Assembly (NCBI GenBank): GCA_965229665.1
Contig: OZ245896.1
Span: forward strand, 1,078,320 to 1,142,319
From: Erythrobacter sp.
GTDB taxonomy: Bacteria; Pseudomonadota; Alphaproteobacteria; Sphingomonadales; Sphingomonadaceae
Reading direction: 5' to 3'
DNA: 64,000 nt
The notes under the pieces were generated by a model that saw only the letters and a program-made list of their open reading frames with translations, did no database searches and was not told the origin of the DNA. Position numbers and translations under genes: made by a program. Below, in pieces: positions 17,472 through 27,272 of this stretch (positions are counted from its first letter, which is position 1; the number at the start of each line of letters is the position of its first letter).

Positions 17472-19260
17472 TCCGCCACAGGCGCAGCGTGCTGCCATTG
17501 GTGACCGGGATCGGCTGGAGCCAGTCAGGCTCTCTTCCATCGAGCAGCTCTGCCATGAAACCATCAGGTGCAAGGCGCGCGTAGTTTCTGGGTTCGACCA
17601 GGTTCGGGCATAGTGCCAAGTAGGACGTCTCGCGTTGGCGCAGAGCCATCTGAGCCTCGCTACTTGAACCCAGTGAGGTCGCAATCACCAGCCGCATGGC
17701 TTCGTTGCCGCGGTGATGACCGGTCGCGATCACGCTATGGTGGCTCGACAGGATCAGGCTGGGAGCGATGTCGAGTGGAGCATAGACTTCGCCCGCGGGC
17801 AAAGCGTTGAGGATCTCCGTCGCATCTTCAATCCTACAGTCAGAGACCTTGAGATGTCCAATCGCCCCGGTTCCAGCCGCTTTATGCGCTTCGGCTGGCA
17901 TCGCCGATGTGAAGATGATCAGCGGAAAGGTCGGCAGCAGCGCGCACAGCACCGCCAGCATCGACGCGAGCCGTGGGGCCGGCCGGTCCATCGTTCGAAT
18001 GGCTGTGAGCCAGCGATTGACTTGCCAAGCGACAGGCGGGGCAGCGATGACGCAGGCGATCGCGCCTGCCCGGGCAACCAGCACGGAAACCAGGAATGCA
18101 GCGCCAAGCACAAGGGCGTAATCCGTCCAGAACCGCCGCGTTGCGCCATCGGACTTTTGCGCCAAACGGATCGCAGCAAACAGACCAATCAGCGGCGTGA
18201 CGGCATATTGCAGCGCAGTCGAAAGCGTCTGCTGCCAGATCGGCATACCCTCACTGACGTTGGCATGCCAATGCTCGGCCACCAGCGGGTCGAGCGTGGC
18301 AAAGCCTCCACCCGCGCATTGCGGGGCCACGGCCAAAAGCATGGCTACCGCGCCAGCACCTGTAATTGCGAAGCCTGTGAGCAGCCAGATGGTCGATAGA
18401 GCTTTGGGTTGCGCCAATGCGGTCAGTGCCAGGGCGCCCCAGGCAAACATGGCAAGATGCGCCGGGCCAATCGCATCGCAGTAGAGCGCGATATCTCCAA
18501 TCGCGCCGGTCAGCACAAACAAGCCCGCGCTCGAAACTGCCAGCGACTGAATCGCGCTGACCAACCATATCCGTTCGTCGGCGTTTCTGATCCAACGCAG
18601 GGCCAAAACGCCGAAAAGCGCTGCCGACAAAGGCAAGCCCTCGATCGAAATCAGCATCCAGGCCGCGCAGGCAAACCCAATCAAAGCGCCACCCAACCGC
18701 GCAGAGCCAGCGAGCAAGCCGTTCAGCGCCAAGAGGCCGCAGGCGATTTGCCAGCCGTGATGGTCGATCCGCATCGGGCCAAGCTGGAAGATCACCGGAA
18801 CCGAGATCGCGAGGATCAAAGACGCATAGATTGCTTCCTGTTTGCCCAGAATACGCCAAGCAATTCGGGCGGTCAGATACATCACCACACCGAGCGTCAG
18901 CAGCGGCACGATGACCAAGGCCGCGTATTCCGCGGTACTCACTCCAAGCATGGGCGTGAGTGCGAGCACCACAAGCACAATTGGAAGATCAATCAGACGC
19001 GACCAATGCATCGGCACGCCACCTGAGGCGGCGTCAACCCGATACTGGGTCAGGTCGAACCAGCTCTGGCCTGCGATCAGATCGCGAACCTGCGCCAAAC
19101 GCATAATATCGTCGGGATCGGGAAAGCGCTGGCTGGCAATGGCGGTCCAATTGACCGCGACAAGCAAGCAAGAGACCAGTGCCCAGGCTATGGCCACGCG
19201 CGGGATGAGGCCGGGTTGATTGTGGCTTAGTGGGCGCTCATCCAGCATCGCTGGCATCAC
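17458..19260 (-). CDS. large polytopic membrane protein, possible GT-C-type glycosyltransferase
   Basis: 600 aa with at least 12 hydrophobic segments. An acidic first-loop motif RFPDPDDIMRLAQVRD, followed by a soluble C-terminal domain of about 150 aa. The start overlaps the gtrA-like gene. Confidence 0.5.
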   Translation of the reverse strand: MMPAMLDERPLSHNQPGLIPRVAIAWALVSCLLVAVNWTAIASQRFPDPDDIMRLAQVRDLIAGQSWFDLTQYRVDAASGGVPMHWSRLIDLPIVLVVLALTPMLGVSTAEYAALVIVPLLTLGVVMYLTARIAWRILGKQEAIYASLILAISVPVIFQLGPMRIDHHGWQIACGLLALNGLLAGSARLGGALIGFACAAWMLISIEGLPLSAALFGVLALRWIRNADERIWLVSAIQSLAVSSAGLFVLTGAIGDIALYCDAIGPAHLAMFAWGALALTALAQPKALSTIWLLTGFAITGAGAVAMLLAVAPQCAGGGFATLDPLVAEHWHANVSEGMPIWQQTLSTALQYAVTPLIGLFAAIRLAQKSDGATRRFWTDYALVLGAAFLVSVLVARAGAIACVIAAPPVAWQVNRWLTAIRTMDRPAPRLASMLAVLCALLPTFPLIIFTSAMPAEAHKAAGTGAIGHLKVSDCRIEDATEILNALPAGEVYAPLDIAPSLILSSHHSVIATGHHRGNEAMRLVIATSLGSSSEAQMALRQRETSYLALCPNLVEPRNYARLAPDGFMAELLDGREPDWLQPIPVTNGSTLRLWRIKPE

Positions 19261-19669
19261 CTTTGACCGGGCGAAATACGATGTGGCTGCGGATCAGCCA
19301 AGTGGCTGTGAAAGCGACCACGATAGCCGCAGCCTTGGCAATTCGCGGATCGATCCCCGATTGATCGCCGAGGCCGACAATGGCGGTGGTCAGGCCGAGG
19401 CCGACCAAAGCCGAGATGACAAACAGGGCCTTTTGCCGCGTCCGAGCGATCCCTCCGCTCGCGACGCTGTCATGAAACACGGCGCGGCTCGACATCAGCC
19501 AATGGGCCAGAATGCCGAGGGAATAGCCGAGCGCAGAGGCCGGCGCCGCTGCAACTCCAGCCGCCAGCAATGCGAGGAAACTGCCAACATCGACCGCCAA
19601 AGCGCCGACGCTGGCGAGAATGTAACGGATGAAGCGAACATCACGCAGCTTGACGAATATGCTGGTCAT
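19238..19669 (-). CDS. GtrA-family membrane protein
   Basis: 143 aa with 4 TM segments. N-terminus RFIRYILASVGALAVDVGSF is typical of the GtrA family. Confidence 0.75.
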   Translation of the reverse strand: MTSIFVKLRDVRFIRYILASVGALAVDVGSFLALLAAGVAAAPASALGYSLGILAHWLMSSRAVFHDSVASGGIARTRQKALFVISALVGLGLTTAIVGLGDQSGIDPRIAKAAAIVVAFTATWLIRSHIVFRPVKGDASDAG

Positions 19670-19706
19670 TGCCCCTCCTGATCGCTGCTAACCCCAGACT
19701 GGTCGA

Positions 19707-21374
19707 TCAAGCCGATTTGCGCTCGTCGTCCGATTGAATGCGCTCCGGAACGCCTCTTAGCGAGGTGAGCGCGGCCGCTTGATCCTCACTGATGGCGCGA
19801 AGCTCTTCACGACGCTCTGCCGCTGCAAGGTCTTCGGCATTGACCACTTCACGATTGGGCAGCGCTGTTTCGGCGCCTTCGTCACCGGCCTCGTGGTATT
19901 CCGCATCTTCGTTGACGCACCAGGTGTCATAGATGCGCTTGCCGGCCAGAATGTTCTCAACCGTCAGCATCGCGGTCATCATCGCGTGATCCTGATTGTT
20001 GTAGCGGTGCATGCCGTTGCGGCCGACCAGATGCAGGCTTGGATGTTTCTCTTCCAATTCGATCCGCATCGCGTCGACATTGGCAGCGTAGTCTTCGTCA
20101 TAGACCGGATAGGCTTTTTCCTGCCGAACCACCGCGCCACCGCGGACCTTGGCCGGGTCGACCAGGCCGAGGATGTCCATTTCCTTCTTCGCCAGTTCGA
20201 CCAGGTCATCATCTTCTGATGCCCACAGGCCGTCGCCTTCGAAGCAGAAGTATTCGAGACCGACACAGGCAACATTCTCGTCTGGCACCATCTCAGGCGA
20301 CCACGAACGGAAGTTCTGCACACGTCCGACCTGAACCTTGCTGTCATGGATATAGATCCAATTGTCCGGGAAGAGATCTTCACTGTCGATCATCAGGGCG
20401 ACCGTGAGGAAGTCACGATATTTGAGGTTGTTGGCCTGCAGCGTGGATTGCGGCAGCGGATAGAGCCGCTTCGACAGTTCACGCATCGGGGCCGAACTGA
20501 TCACATCACCCGCGCGGATCTGAACTTTCGCGTCCTTACCCTGTGCGGTCATCGACCAATTGTAGCCTTCGTCATTGGGGCCGATCGCAGCCAGCTGGTC
20601 GAGCGCATGGCCCATCAGCACCTGGCCTTTGCCTGTTGCGATGATCTTGTCGCGTGCAGCCTCCCACATCATGCCCGGGCCCAGCCGCGGATAGCGGAAG
20701 GTCTCGAGCAGAGTTTTGACTTCCTGTCCGTCATTGGGCTTCTTGTTGAGACCGAGCGAACGTTTGAGGCCGTCAGTTACGGCGCTCCACAGCGACAGGC
20801 CCTTGATCCGCTGAGCAGCCCAGTCCGCGCTCATTTCGTCGCAGGGCATGCCCCACACCTTCTCGGTGTAGGTCTTGAAGAAGATCGAATAGAGCTTCTG
20901 ACCGAACTGGTTGGTGGTCCAGTCCTCAAAGCTCTTCACATCTTTGATCGGGAACGCTTTGTACCAAAGGTAGCTCGCCATGCAGGCCGTCGAACGCAAA
21001 ATGCCTAGGTTCGAGAGCGCTTCAAACGCCCGGAGCGGATAGCTGTAGAACTTGCCTTCATAATAGATCCGACTCATCCGCGGACGCTGGATGAAATCAT
21101 CGGGCAGGATCTCATTCCAGAGATCAACCACCTGTTGCGACTTCGAGAAGAAGCGGTGCCCTCCAATGTCAAAGCGATAGCCGTCATACTCCACCGTACG
21201 GCTAATCCCGCCGACATAGGTCTCATCCTGTTCGATGATGGCGACGGTCTTGCCTTGCTTGGTTAGCAGATAACCAGCGGTCAATCCGGCGGGGCCGGCT
21301 CCGATGATCGCGACATCAACGTCGATAATGCCGGTTTGAGCGCCTTGGTCATTAAACGCATCAATCTGTGTCAT
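19707..21374 (-). CDS. NAD(P)/FAD-dependent oxidoreductase (amine-oxidase / UDP-galactopyranose-mutase-like fold)
   Basis: Dinucleotide motif VAIIGAGPAGLTAGYLL, then GGHRFFSKS. Start taken at ATG (MTQID) preceded by GGGGG; the track's TTG at 21386 is an alternative. Confidence 0.75.
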   Translation of the reverse strand: MTQIDAFNDQGAQTGIIDVDVAIIGAGPAGLTAGYLLTKQGKTVAIIEQDETYVGGISRTVEYDGYRFDIGGHRFFSKSQQVVDLWNEILPDDFIQRPRMSRIYYEGKFYSYPLRAFEALSNLGILRSTACMASYLWYKAFPIKDVKSFEDWTTNQFGQKLYSIFFKTYTEKVWGMPCDEMSADWAAQRIKGLSLWSAVTDGLKRSLGLNKKPNDGQEVKTLLETFRYPRLGPGMMWEAARDKIIATGKGQVLMGHALDQLAAIGPNDEGYNWSMTAQGKDAKVQIRAGDVISSAPMRELSKRLYPLPQSTLQANNLKYRDFLTVALMIDSEDLFPDNWIYIHDSKVQVGRVQNFRSWSPEMVPDENVACVGLEYFCFEGDGLWASEDDDLVELAKKEMDILGLVDPAKVRGGAVVRQEKAYPVYDEDYAANVDAMRIELEEKHPSLHLVGRNGMHRYNNQDHAMMTAMLTVENILAGKRIYDTWCVNEDAEYHEAGDEGAETALPNREVVNAEDLAAAERREELRAISEDQAAALTSLRGVPERIQSDDERKSA

Positions 21375-21495
21375 TCGTACCCCCAATGTACCGCGCGGCG
21401 AACTGCGCTTGAGCTGGGAGTGAACGAAATTGGTTAGCGAGAAGTAAACGCGCCCGCTTAACGGCCAAATTTTTGTTGAGATTCGCTCGAGAGGG

Positions 21496-22122
21496 TTATT
21501 CTTTTAGAAGGACCGGCGCTTGAATACGCGCCGCCAGCCGAGCAAAATCACCCAGCGTGAAGGTGTCATCGAACACGACGCCATAGTGCTGATCGCGCCG
21601 CCAGCGGACTTTCGCTCGGACCTCTTTGAACTCTTCGCTTTCGATCCGCAGGTTTTGCTCAATCGCGAACAGGCCATCGCACTCAAATCGCGCCCCCTGT
21701 TGCGAAAAATTCTCGACCACCCCTTCGACCCTCTGGGTCAGGGTGCTGATGGTGATGGGGAACAACAGGTTCAGGCGAAGACCCCGCTTGGGGTACTCAC
21801 CCGCTTCATTCACCAATTGTGTAACATCTACCGGCTCAAGAAATTCGCACCCAGCCTCGTTATCGCGTTGCCAAACGGCGCGCAGCTCGTAGGCCCGACC
21901 GCCAGGCATGTGCAGCTCAAGGGTCTTGTCCTCTGGCAGGGCATGAAACAGACGAATGCTGACGCCGGTTTCAGAGACATCGCGGATGACGCAAACGAAC
22001 TCGCCGTGATGCGAAACGAGCTTCGCAGCGCGGATCAATAGGGTGTAGCGCGGCGCACCGCGCAGATCGGCGACGTCCTGAGGCTCATCTGGTGCTTGCG
22101 GGGTCAGCGCAGCATTGTCCAT
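21496..22122 (-). CDS. PilZ domain protein (two PilZ-like halves)
   Basis: The first half has RGAPR (RxxxR) and DVSETG (DxSxxG). The second half has NFSQQG but a degenerate arginine motif. Confidence 0.75.
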   Translation of the reverse strand: MDNAALTPQAPDEPQDVADLRGAPRYTLLIRAAKLVSHHGEFVCVIRDVSETGVSIRLFHALPEDKTLELHMPGGRAYELRAVWQRDNEAGCEFLEPVDVTQLVNEAGEYPKRGLRLNLLFPITISTLTQRVEGVVENFSQQGARFECDGLFAIEQNLRIESEEFKEVRAKVRWRRDQHYGVVFDDTFTLGDFARLAARIQAPVLLKE

Positions 22123-22326
22123 TGAAGCGATCCCTGTGAACCCGACGACCGAAATGCCCCCGAGCGTGGTTAACAGACAGTCCGGATAGCGCGTAACCGG
22201 TTAAGGCCGTCATAATGACCGCCGCGGGATTTTATCCGGCTAGTCAATTTGTTCGCGGCGCTCCGCCAAATGGAGATGATGCGCCGCAGCGAAGCAGAGG
22301 GCTCTGCATTGAAGATATCGCGAGAA

Positions 22327-22413
22327 TGGTGCGGGTGGTGGGACTCGAACCCACACGATCTATAGGATCAGGGGATTTTAAGTCCCCGGCGTCTACCATT
22401 CCGCCACACCCGC
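22327..22413 (-). tRNA. tRNA-Leu (anticodon UAA)
   Basis: The reverse complement folds as a cloverleaf. Acceptor GCGGGTG/CACCCGC plus ACCA; anticodon arm GGGGA-CTTAAAA-TCCCC; long variable arm; T-arm GTGGG-TTCGAGT-CCCAC. Confidence 0.9.
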
Positions 22414-22547
22414 TCGGCGCTCGCCCTAGCGCCAAGCTTTGCAAACAGCAACGCGCTCGCTCTTGTTCTCAGAGGAACAACAACCACCTGTGATCGGTTC
22501 ACAATCTGAGACCAGCGAGGTCTCTCTTTTGAGCGAAGGAGCACAGG

Positions 22548-24218
22548 ATGGCGGCGGAATCGGTTCACGACGCGCAATCGGTGGTTGCGACGATCCAGCC
22601 AGCAATCACATTGCTCGGCCTAGGCATTGGTGCCGCTCTGCTGTCCCGCGCTGTTCGGCTCAATCCGATTGTCGGCTATCTAGGGCTCGGCGTGGCGATC
22701 TCCGCCTTGGGTTTTTCCGAGGCCTTCAGCGGTGATCTTGTCGCGGCGATGGCCGAGGCCGGGATCATGTTCCTGCTGTTCAACCTTGGATTGCACTTCT
22801 CGTTATCGCGCATTCGCGAGGAAGCGGCGAATATCTTCGGGTTTGGCAGCCTCCAGATGCTTGTCTCCGGCGGTGGCTTCGCAGCGCTGTTCTGGGCACT
22901 AGGCCTTCCCCTGACATTTGCGATCATCGGCGGCTTCGCGATGGGCCTGTCATCGACCGCAGTCGTGATCGGGTTGGTGCGAGAGCGCGGGCAAGAAGAC
23001 TGCCCGGTCGGCCGCGCATCACAGTCTATCATGATCTTTCAGGACATTGCCGCGATCATGCTGCTGGTGGCAGCCGGTGCGCTTGGAAGCGGCGGAGCCC
23101 TGGCGCCGGCGCTCGGCATAGCCGGCATCAAGGCGATCGCCGCCTTTGCCATCGCCTTCCTGTTCGCGCGCTATCTGACGGGGCCCCTGTTCCGACTGAT
23201 TTCGCGCGCGGGTAGCAGTGAAGTCTATACGGCGACTGCGCTGTTCCTTGCCTTGGCGGCGGGTTGGGCGACCGGTATTGCGGGCTTGTCGCTTACGCTT
23301 GGAGCCTTTCTGGGCGGCATGGCCGTGGCAGACTCGCGCTATCGGATCATGGTTCAATCTGAGATCGACGCGTTTCGCGGTCTGTTTCTGAGCTTCTTCT
23401 TCATATCCGTCGGGCTGAGCATTGATGCAGGTATGATCCTCGAGAACTGGCTGATGGTGATCGCAGCGGCGATCGGGCTGATTGTGTTCAAATGCCTGCT
23501 CAATGTGCTGGCAGGATTGATCAACCGGTGGTCAGTGCCAGGATCGATCCAACTCGGCTTCCTGCTCGGACAAGGGAGTGAGTTTGCTCTGGTGATCTTT
23601 GCGATTCCGGCGGTCGCTGCCTTGATCGCACCGGAATCGCTCGCCGTTTTGGTGACGGCGATCGCAATCAGTCTGGCGGTGACGCCACTGGTGTCCAACA
23701 TCGGCCGCAAACTGGCGGGCAAGCTGCGGCAGGGACCACCCGATGAGAAGATGGCGGGCGACGACGCTCCGGTCGTTATCATTGGCCTCGGTCCAGCCGG
23801 GCGCGCGGTTGCCGACGCGCTGACCCAGCATGAGGTCGACTATTTAGCGGTTGAGGCAGACATGAAGCGGTTCGAGTTGGCGCTCGCAGACGGCTATCAC
23901 GTCCATCACGCGGTGGCGTCCGATCCGCGGAGCTGGGACGCGATGGGAATGGCAAAGCGGGAGCTGGTTGTGATCTCAACCGGCAACGCCAACCTAAGCC
24001 GACAATTGACACCCTTGGTTGAAGAGCGTCTGCCCGGGGTAACGAGAGTGGCCGCCTTGCGGGGGCCGGACGCGATCGAAGAGTTTGCAGCGATGGGTAT
24101 CCCCGCTGTAGATGTCGCTGCGGATGGTGGAATGGACGTCCTTGTCGACACCGTATTCGACGGTCTTGGTATCACGCGTAAGCGCGAAGCAGCAATGCCT
24201 CAGAAAGCGGCAGCCTAA
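22548..24218 (+). CDS. monovalent cation:proton antiporter-2 (Kef-type) with C-terminal TrkA-N domain
   Basis: About 12 TM segments, then a Rossmann motif VVIIGLGPAGRAVADAL. AAGGAG Shine-Dalgarno sequence. Confidence 0.85.
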   Translation: MAAESVHDAQSVVATIQPAITLLGLGIGAALLSRAVRLNPIVGYLGLGVAISALGFSEAFSGDLVAAMAEAGIMFLLFNLGLHFSLSRIREEAANIFGFGSLQMLVSGGGFAALFWALGLPLTFAIIGGFAMGLSSTAVVIGLVRERGQEDCPVGRASQSIMIFQDIAAIMLLVAAGALGSGGALAPALGIAGIKAIAAFAIAFLFARYLTGPLFRLISRAGSSEVYTATALFLALAAGWATGIAGLSLTLGAFLGGMAVADSRYRIMVQSEIDAFRGLFLSFFFISVGLSIDAGMILENWLMVIAAAIGLIVFKCLLNVLAGLINRWSVPGSIQLGFLLGQGSEFALVIFAIPAVAALIAPESLAVLVTAIAISLAVTPLVSNIGRKLAGKLRQGPPDEKMAGDDAPVVIIGLGPAGRAVADALTQHEVDYLAVEADMKRFELALADGYHVHHAVASDPRSWDAMGMAKRELVVISTGNANLSRQLTPLVEERLPGVTRVAALRGPDAIEEFAAMGIPAVDVAADGGMDVLVDTVFDGLGITRKREAAMPQKAAA

Positions 24219-24234
24219 TCAAACAGCAAGGCGA

Positions 24235-24516
24235 TCAATCGGCGTTGAGCCGGCGACGCATATCCTTGCCCGCCTTGAAATACGGCACGCGCTTCGCGTC
24301 GACTTCCACCGCATCACCGGTGCGTGGATTGCGACCCATACGGGCTTCCCGCTCGCGCGTTGAGAAAGCACCAAAGCCACGCAGTTCGACCCGTCCACCC
24401 TCAGACAGACGTTGTGCGATTTCATCAAAGAAGATGTCGACGATCTGCTCCACCTCTTCGGCGCGCAGTTCTGGATTATCTTTATGCAAAGCCTGTAGCA
24501 ATTCGGATCTGATCAT
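24235..24516 (-). CDS. ihfB: integration host factor subunit beta
   Basis: [10 protein letters not shown]...[48 protein letters not shown] Shine-Dalgarno sequence before the ATG at 24516. Confidence 0.9.
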   Translation of the reverse strand: MIRSELLQALHKDNPELRAEEVEQIVDIFFDEIAQRLSEGGRVELRGFGAFSTREREARMGRNPRTGDAVEVDAKRVPYFKAGKDMRRRLNAD

Positions 24517-24705
24517 AGCGTACTCCCGACGCACAAACTCAGCGCGTCGATGACACGCTGGCTACCCAAATCGATATGGCAATCAGACCCGAAGACCACC
24601 AAACCGATAACGCATCGTGCCAGACCTTTGCATTTCTCGCAAGTCAGAGGCTATGCTTTGTTGAAACCTGCGCTCTTACATATAGCAAGCGCCGGGGGCG
24701 AGCTG

Positions 24706-25044
24706 TCAGATAGTCTCGCTCAACTTGGCCGGATCAATCCCGAGACGATCCATCCTCATCCGGATTTCCGGCCATTCCTCGCGCAGGAATTGTTCACGCT
24801 CTCTGGCGCGGAGCTTGTCAGCGGCGCCTTCGACAACATACATGCCGACGCCACGCTGTACCTCGACCAAGCCATCATTCTGGAACTGCTGATAGGCTTT
24901 CGCAACGGTCAAAGGGTTCGCCCCACGCTCAGCAGCCAAGGCGCGCACAGAGGGAAGCATTTCGCCTTCGCGATACTCACCTTCGATAATGGCGGCTGCG
25001 ATCTGGTCGCGCAGCTTGAGATAGACAGGTCGTGATTGGCTCAT
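24706..25044 (-). CDS. short GntR-family transcriptional regulator
   Basis: Winged-helix block LPSVRALAAERGANPLTVAKAYQQFQNDGLVEVQRGVGMYV. Confidence 0.85.
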   Translation of the reverse strand: MSQSRPVYLKLRDQIAAAIIEGEYREGEMLPSVRALAAERGANPLTVAKAYQQFQNDGLVEVQRGVGMYVVEGAADKLRAREREQFLREEWPEIRMRMDRLGIDPAKLSETI

Positions 25045-25228
25045 AAGTCCCTCGCTAGGTGCTTCAGTGCCATAATACAGCCATGCGCGTCAAGGTTTGT
25101 GCCGCTGATCGGCAGCAAGAATGATTGTCGCATTTGAAACTATAGCTTCACACTTGCGAATGACACGCTAGGGTGGTCGTCTTCGGGGGGTCGCGCCGCA
25201 ATGGCGCGCAGTGAGGACGATACAGTAC

Positions 25229-26800
25229 ATGGCTACACAAGAATTGCCGCATGGTGACAGCGCGGGCACCATTCTCGGACATCCCAAGGGATTGTTCGTT
25301 TTGTTTTTCGCGGAGATGTGGGAGCGCTTTTCCTATTATGGGATGCGCGCACTGCTGATCTTCTATCTGACCAAGCATTGGCTGTTTTCAGATAGTGAAT
25401 CGGGCATCATCTACGGCGCTTACACCGCGCTGGTCTACATCACACCCGTGATCGGTGGCTATTTGGCGGACAAATATCTCGGGCAACGCAAAGCCGTGTT
25501 GTTCGGGGCGGTCCTGCTGACACTGGGTCACTTTTTCATGGCGTTCGAAGGCGAACCGGCTTTCGGCAATGAGAACAACCCGGTCATTTACATATTCTGG
25601 CTCGCATTGGCGCTGATCATCGTGGGATCGGGCTTCCTCAAAGCGAACATCTCCGTGCTTGTGGGTCAGCTTTACCCGCGCACCGATATTCGCCGCGACC
25701 CGGCTTACACCATCTTCTACATGGGCATTAACATCGGCGCTGCCGCAGGTTCGCTGCTGTGTGGCTATATCGGTGAGACCTATGGTTGGGCCTATGGCTT
25801 TGGCCTGGCCGGCATCGGCATGCTGGCAGGCCTGGTAGTGTTCATCTGGGGCACTCCGCTTTTGTTGGGCCGGGGCGAACCTCCCAAGCCACTCCAAAAG
25901 ACGACCGAGTGGTCGATGTATGGCGCCGGGATCGCCATGGTCGGGATCTGCTGGCTCGCGATCCAGTATCAGGCGCTCGTTGGATATGTCCTTGGCGGAT
26001 TTGGCGGAGCACTGGTGCTGTATGTTCTGTTCACTGCGGTGACCAAATTGGCGGCCGAGGAGCGTGATCGGATCTTCGCTGCAATGTTCCTGATTCTGAC
26101 TTCGATCGTCTTCTGGGCGCTGTTCGAGCAGGCGGGTTCTTCACTGAACCTGTTCACAGACCGCCATGTCGATCGTGGCGGGGTCCCGGCCTCGGTGTTC
26201 CAATCGATCAATGCGATCTACATCATCATCCTGGCTCCGGTTTTCGCCATCACCTGGCAATTCCTTGGCCAACGCGGAATGGAGCCATCCACGCCACTCA
26301 AGTTCGGACTTGGAGTGGTGCAGGTTGGGCTGGGCTTCCTGGTCTTGGTCTGGGGCGCTGATGCGGTCGGCCCGGGGATCGCAGTGCCTGTGATCTTCAT
26401 TTTTCTGATCTACTTGCTGCACACAACCGGCGAATTGTGCCTGTCTCCAGTCGGCCTATCGGCAATGAACCGGTTGGCGCCGGCGCATATGGCATCGCTG
26501 ATTATGGGCACTTGGTTCTTCGCTTCGGCTCTCGGGAACTTTGCCGCTGGCCTGATCGCTGCGGCGACAGGTGCGGAAGGCGTTGGCGAGGAGGCCGGAC
26601 GCGAGGTCGTGCTCGGAGTCTACAGCAATGTGGGCTGGTTCGCGGTGGCGATCGGGGTCGGCGTTATGGTGATCAGTCCGCTGATCAAGAAAATGATGCA
26701 TCTCGAGACGCTGAAGGATGACGAGTTGGAGGGCTCTGCCGAAGCGGGTCTCGAAGCACAGGAAGGCGGGGTTCATCCGTCAAGCCGACCGGCTGAGTAA
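25229..26800 (+). CDS. POT/PTR2-family di-/tripeptide:proton symporter
   Basis: PTR2 signatures ERFSYYGMRALLIFYL and GGYLADKYLGQRKAV. 14 TM segments. Confidence 0.9.
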   Translation: MATQELPHGDSAGTILGHPKGLFVLFFAEMWERFSYYGMRALLIFYLTKHWLFSDSESGIIYGAYTALVYITPVIGGYLADKYLGQRKAVLFGAVLLTLGHFFMAFEGEPAFGNENNPVIYIFWLALALIIVGSGFLKANISVLVGQLYPRTDIRRDPAYTIFYMGINIGAAAGSLLCGYIGETYGWAYGFGLAGIGMLAGLVVFIWGTPLLLGRGEPPKPLQKTTEWSMYGAGIAMVGICWLAIQYQALVGYVLGGFGGALVLYVLFTAVTKLAAEERDRIFAAMFLILTSIVFWALFEQAGSSLNLFTDRHVDRGGVPASVFQSINAIYIIILAPVFAITWQFLGQRGMEPSTPLKFGLGVVQVGLGFLVLVWGADAVGPGIAVPVIFIFLIYLLHTTGELCLSPVGLSAMNRLAPAHMASLIMGTWFFASALGNFAAGLIAAATGAEGVGEEAGREVVLGVYSNVGWFAVAIGVGVMVISPLIKKMMHLETLKDDELEGSAEAGLEAQEGGVHPSSRPAE

Positions 26801-26814
26801 GCCCGACGAGAACG

Positions 26815-26856
26815 AGAGCTTCTCTCCGGGCGCTGTGGCGCGCGGGGAGAAGCCTC
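26815..26856. terminator. stem-loop between the convergent POT and HxlR genes
   Basis: GCTTCTC(26818-24) pairs with GAGAAGC(26847-53), extended by C-G/G-C pairs. A poor U-run keeps confidence low. Confidence 0.3.
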
Positions 26857-26870
26857 CACCTTTGGTCACT

Positions 26871-27272
26871 CTATTGGTCGGGAAAGGCGCCCCAGTCCTG
26901 GCGCTGCTCGCCTTGGGCAAACAAATGCTCACTGCTCCATTTCGACATCTCGCCGAACAGCGGAACCAGGCTGCGGCCGCTTTCAGTCAATACGTAACGC
27001 GCGCGCTTGCCGGTCGGAGGGTCGCGCTCGATCAGTCCTGCCTCCTGGAGGATCCGCAGGCGTGAGGTCAGCGCCGCGCGATTGATCGACAGGCGGTCGA
27101 CGAAATCGTCAAACCGATCGACACCCAAAAACGCCTCACGCAGGATCAGGATCGTCCAACGATCGCCCAACAGACGGGCGGCGCGCCCGATCGGGCATGG
27201 CGCGCGCGAGGGTTGATAGGATTTCATAGGAGTCTGCATTACAGACTTGCATGCATCAGATGCAAGCTCCAT
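26871..27272 (-). CDS. HxlR-family transcriptional regulator
   Basis: CPIGRAARLLGDRWTILILREAF. The true start may be the internal ATG at 27239 or 27227. Confidence 0.85.
   Translation of the reverse strand: MELASDACKSVMQTPMKSYQPSRAPCPIGRAARLLGDRWTILILREAFLGVDRFDDFVDRLSINRAALTSRLRILQEAGLIERDPPTGKRARYVLTESGRSLVPLFGEMSKWSSEHLFAQGEQRQDWGAFPDQ

Noticed and set aside
22327-22413. tRNA-Leu and tRNA-Arg (40038..40114) as anchors of integrated genomic islands.
   Set aside because: There is no integrase gene, no direct repeat of either tRNA 3' end within the window, and the flanking genes have host-like composition and housekeeping functions.
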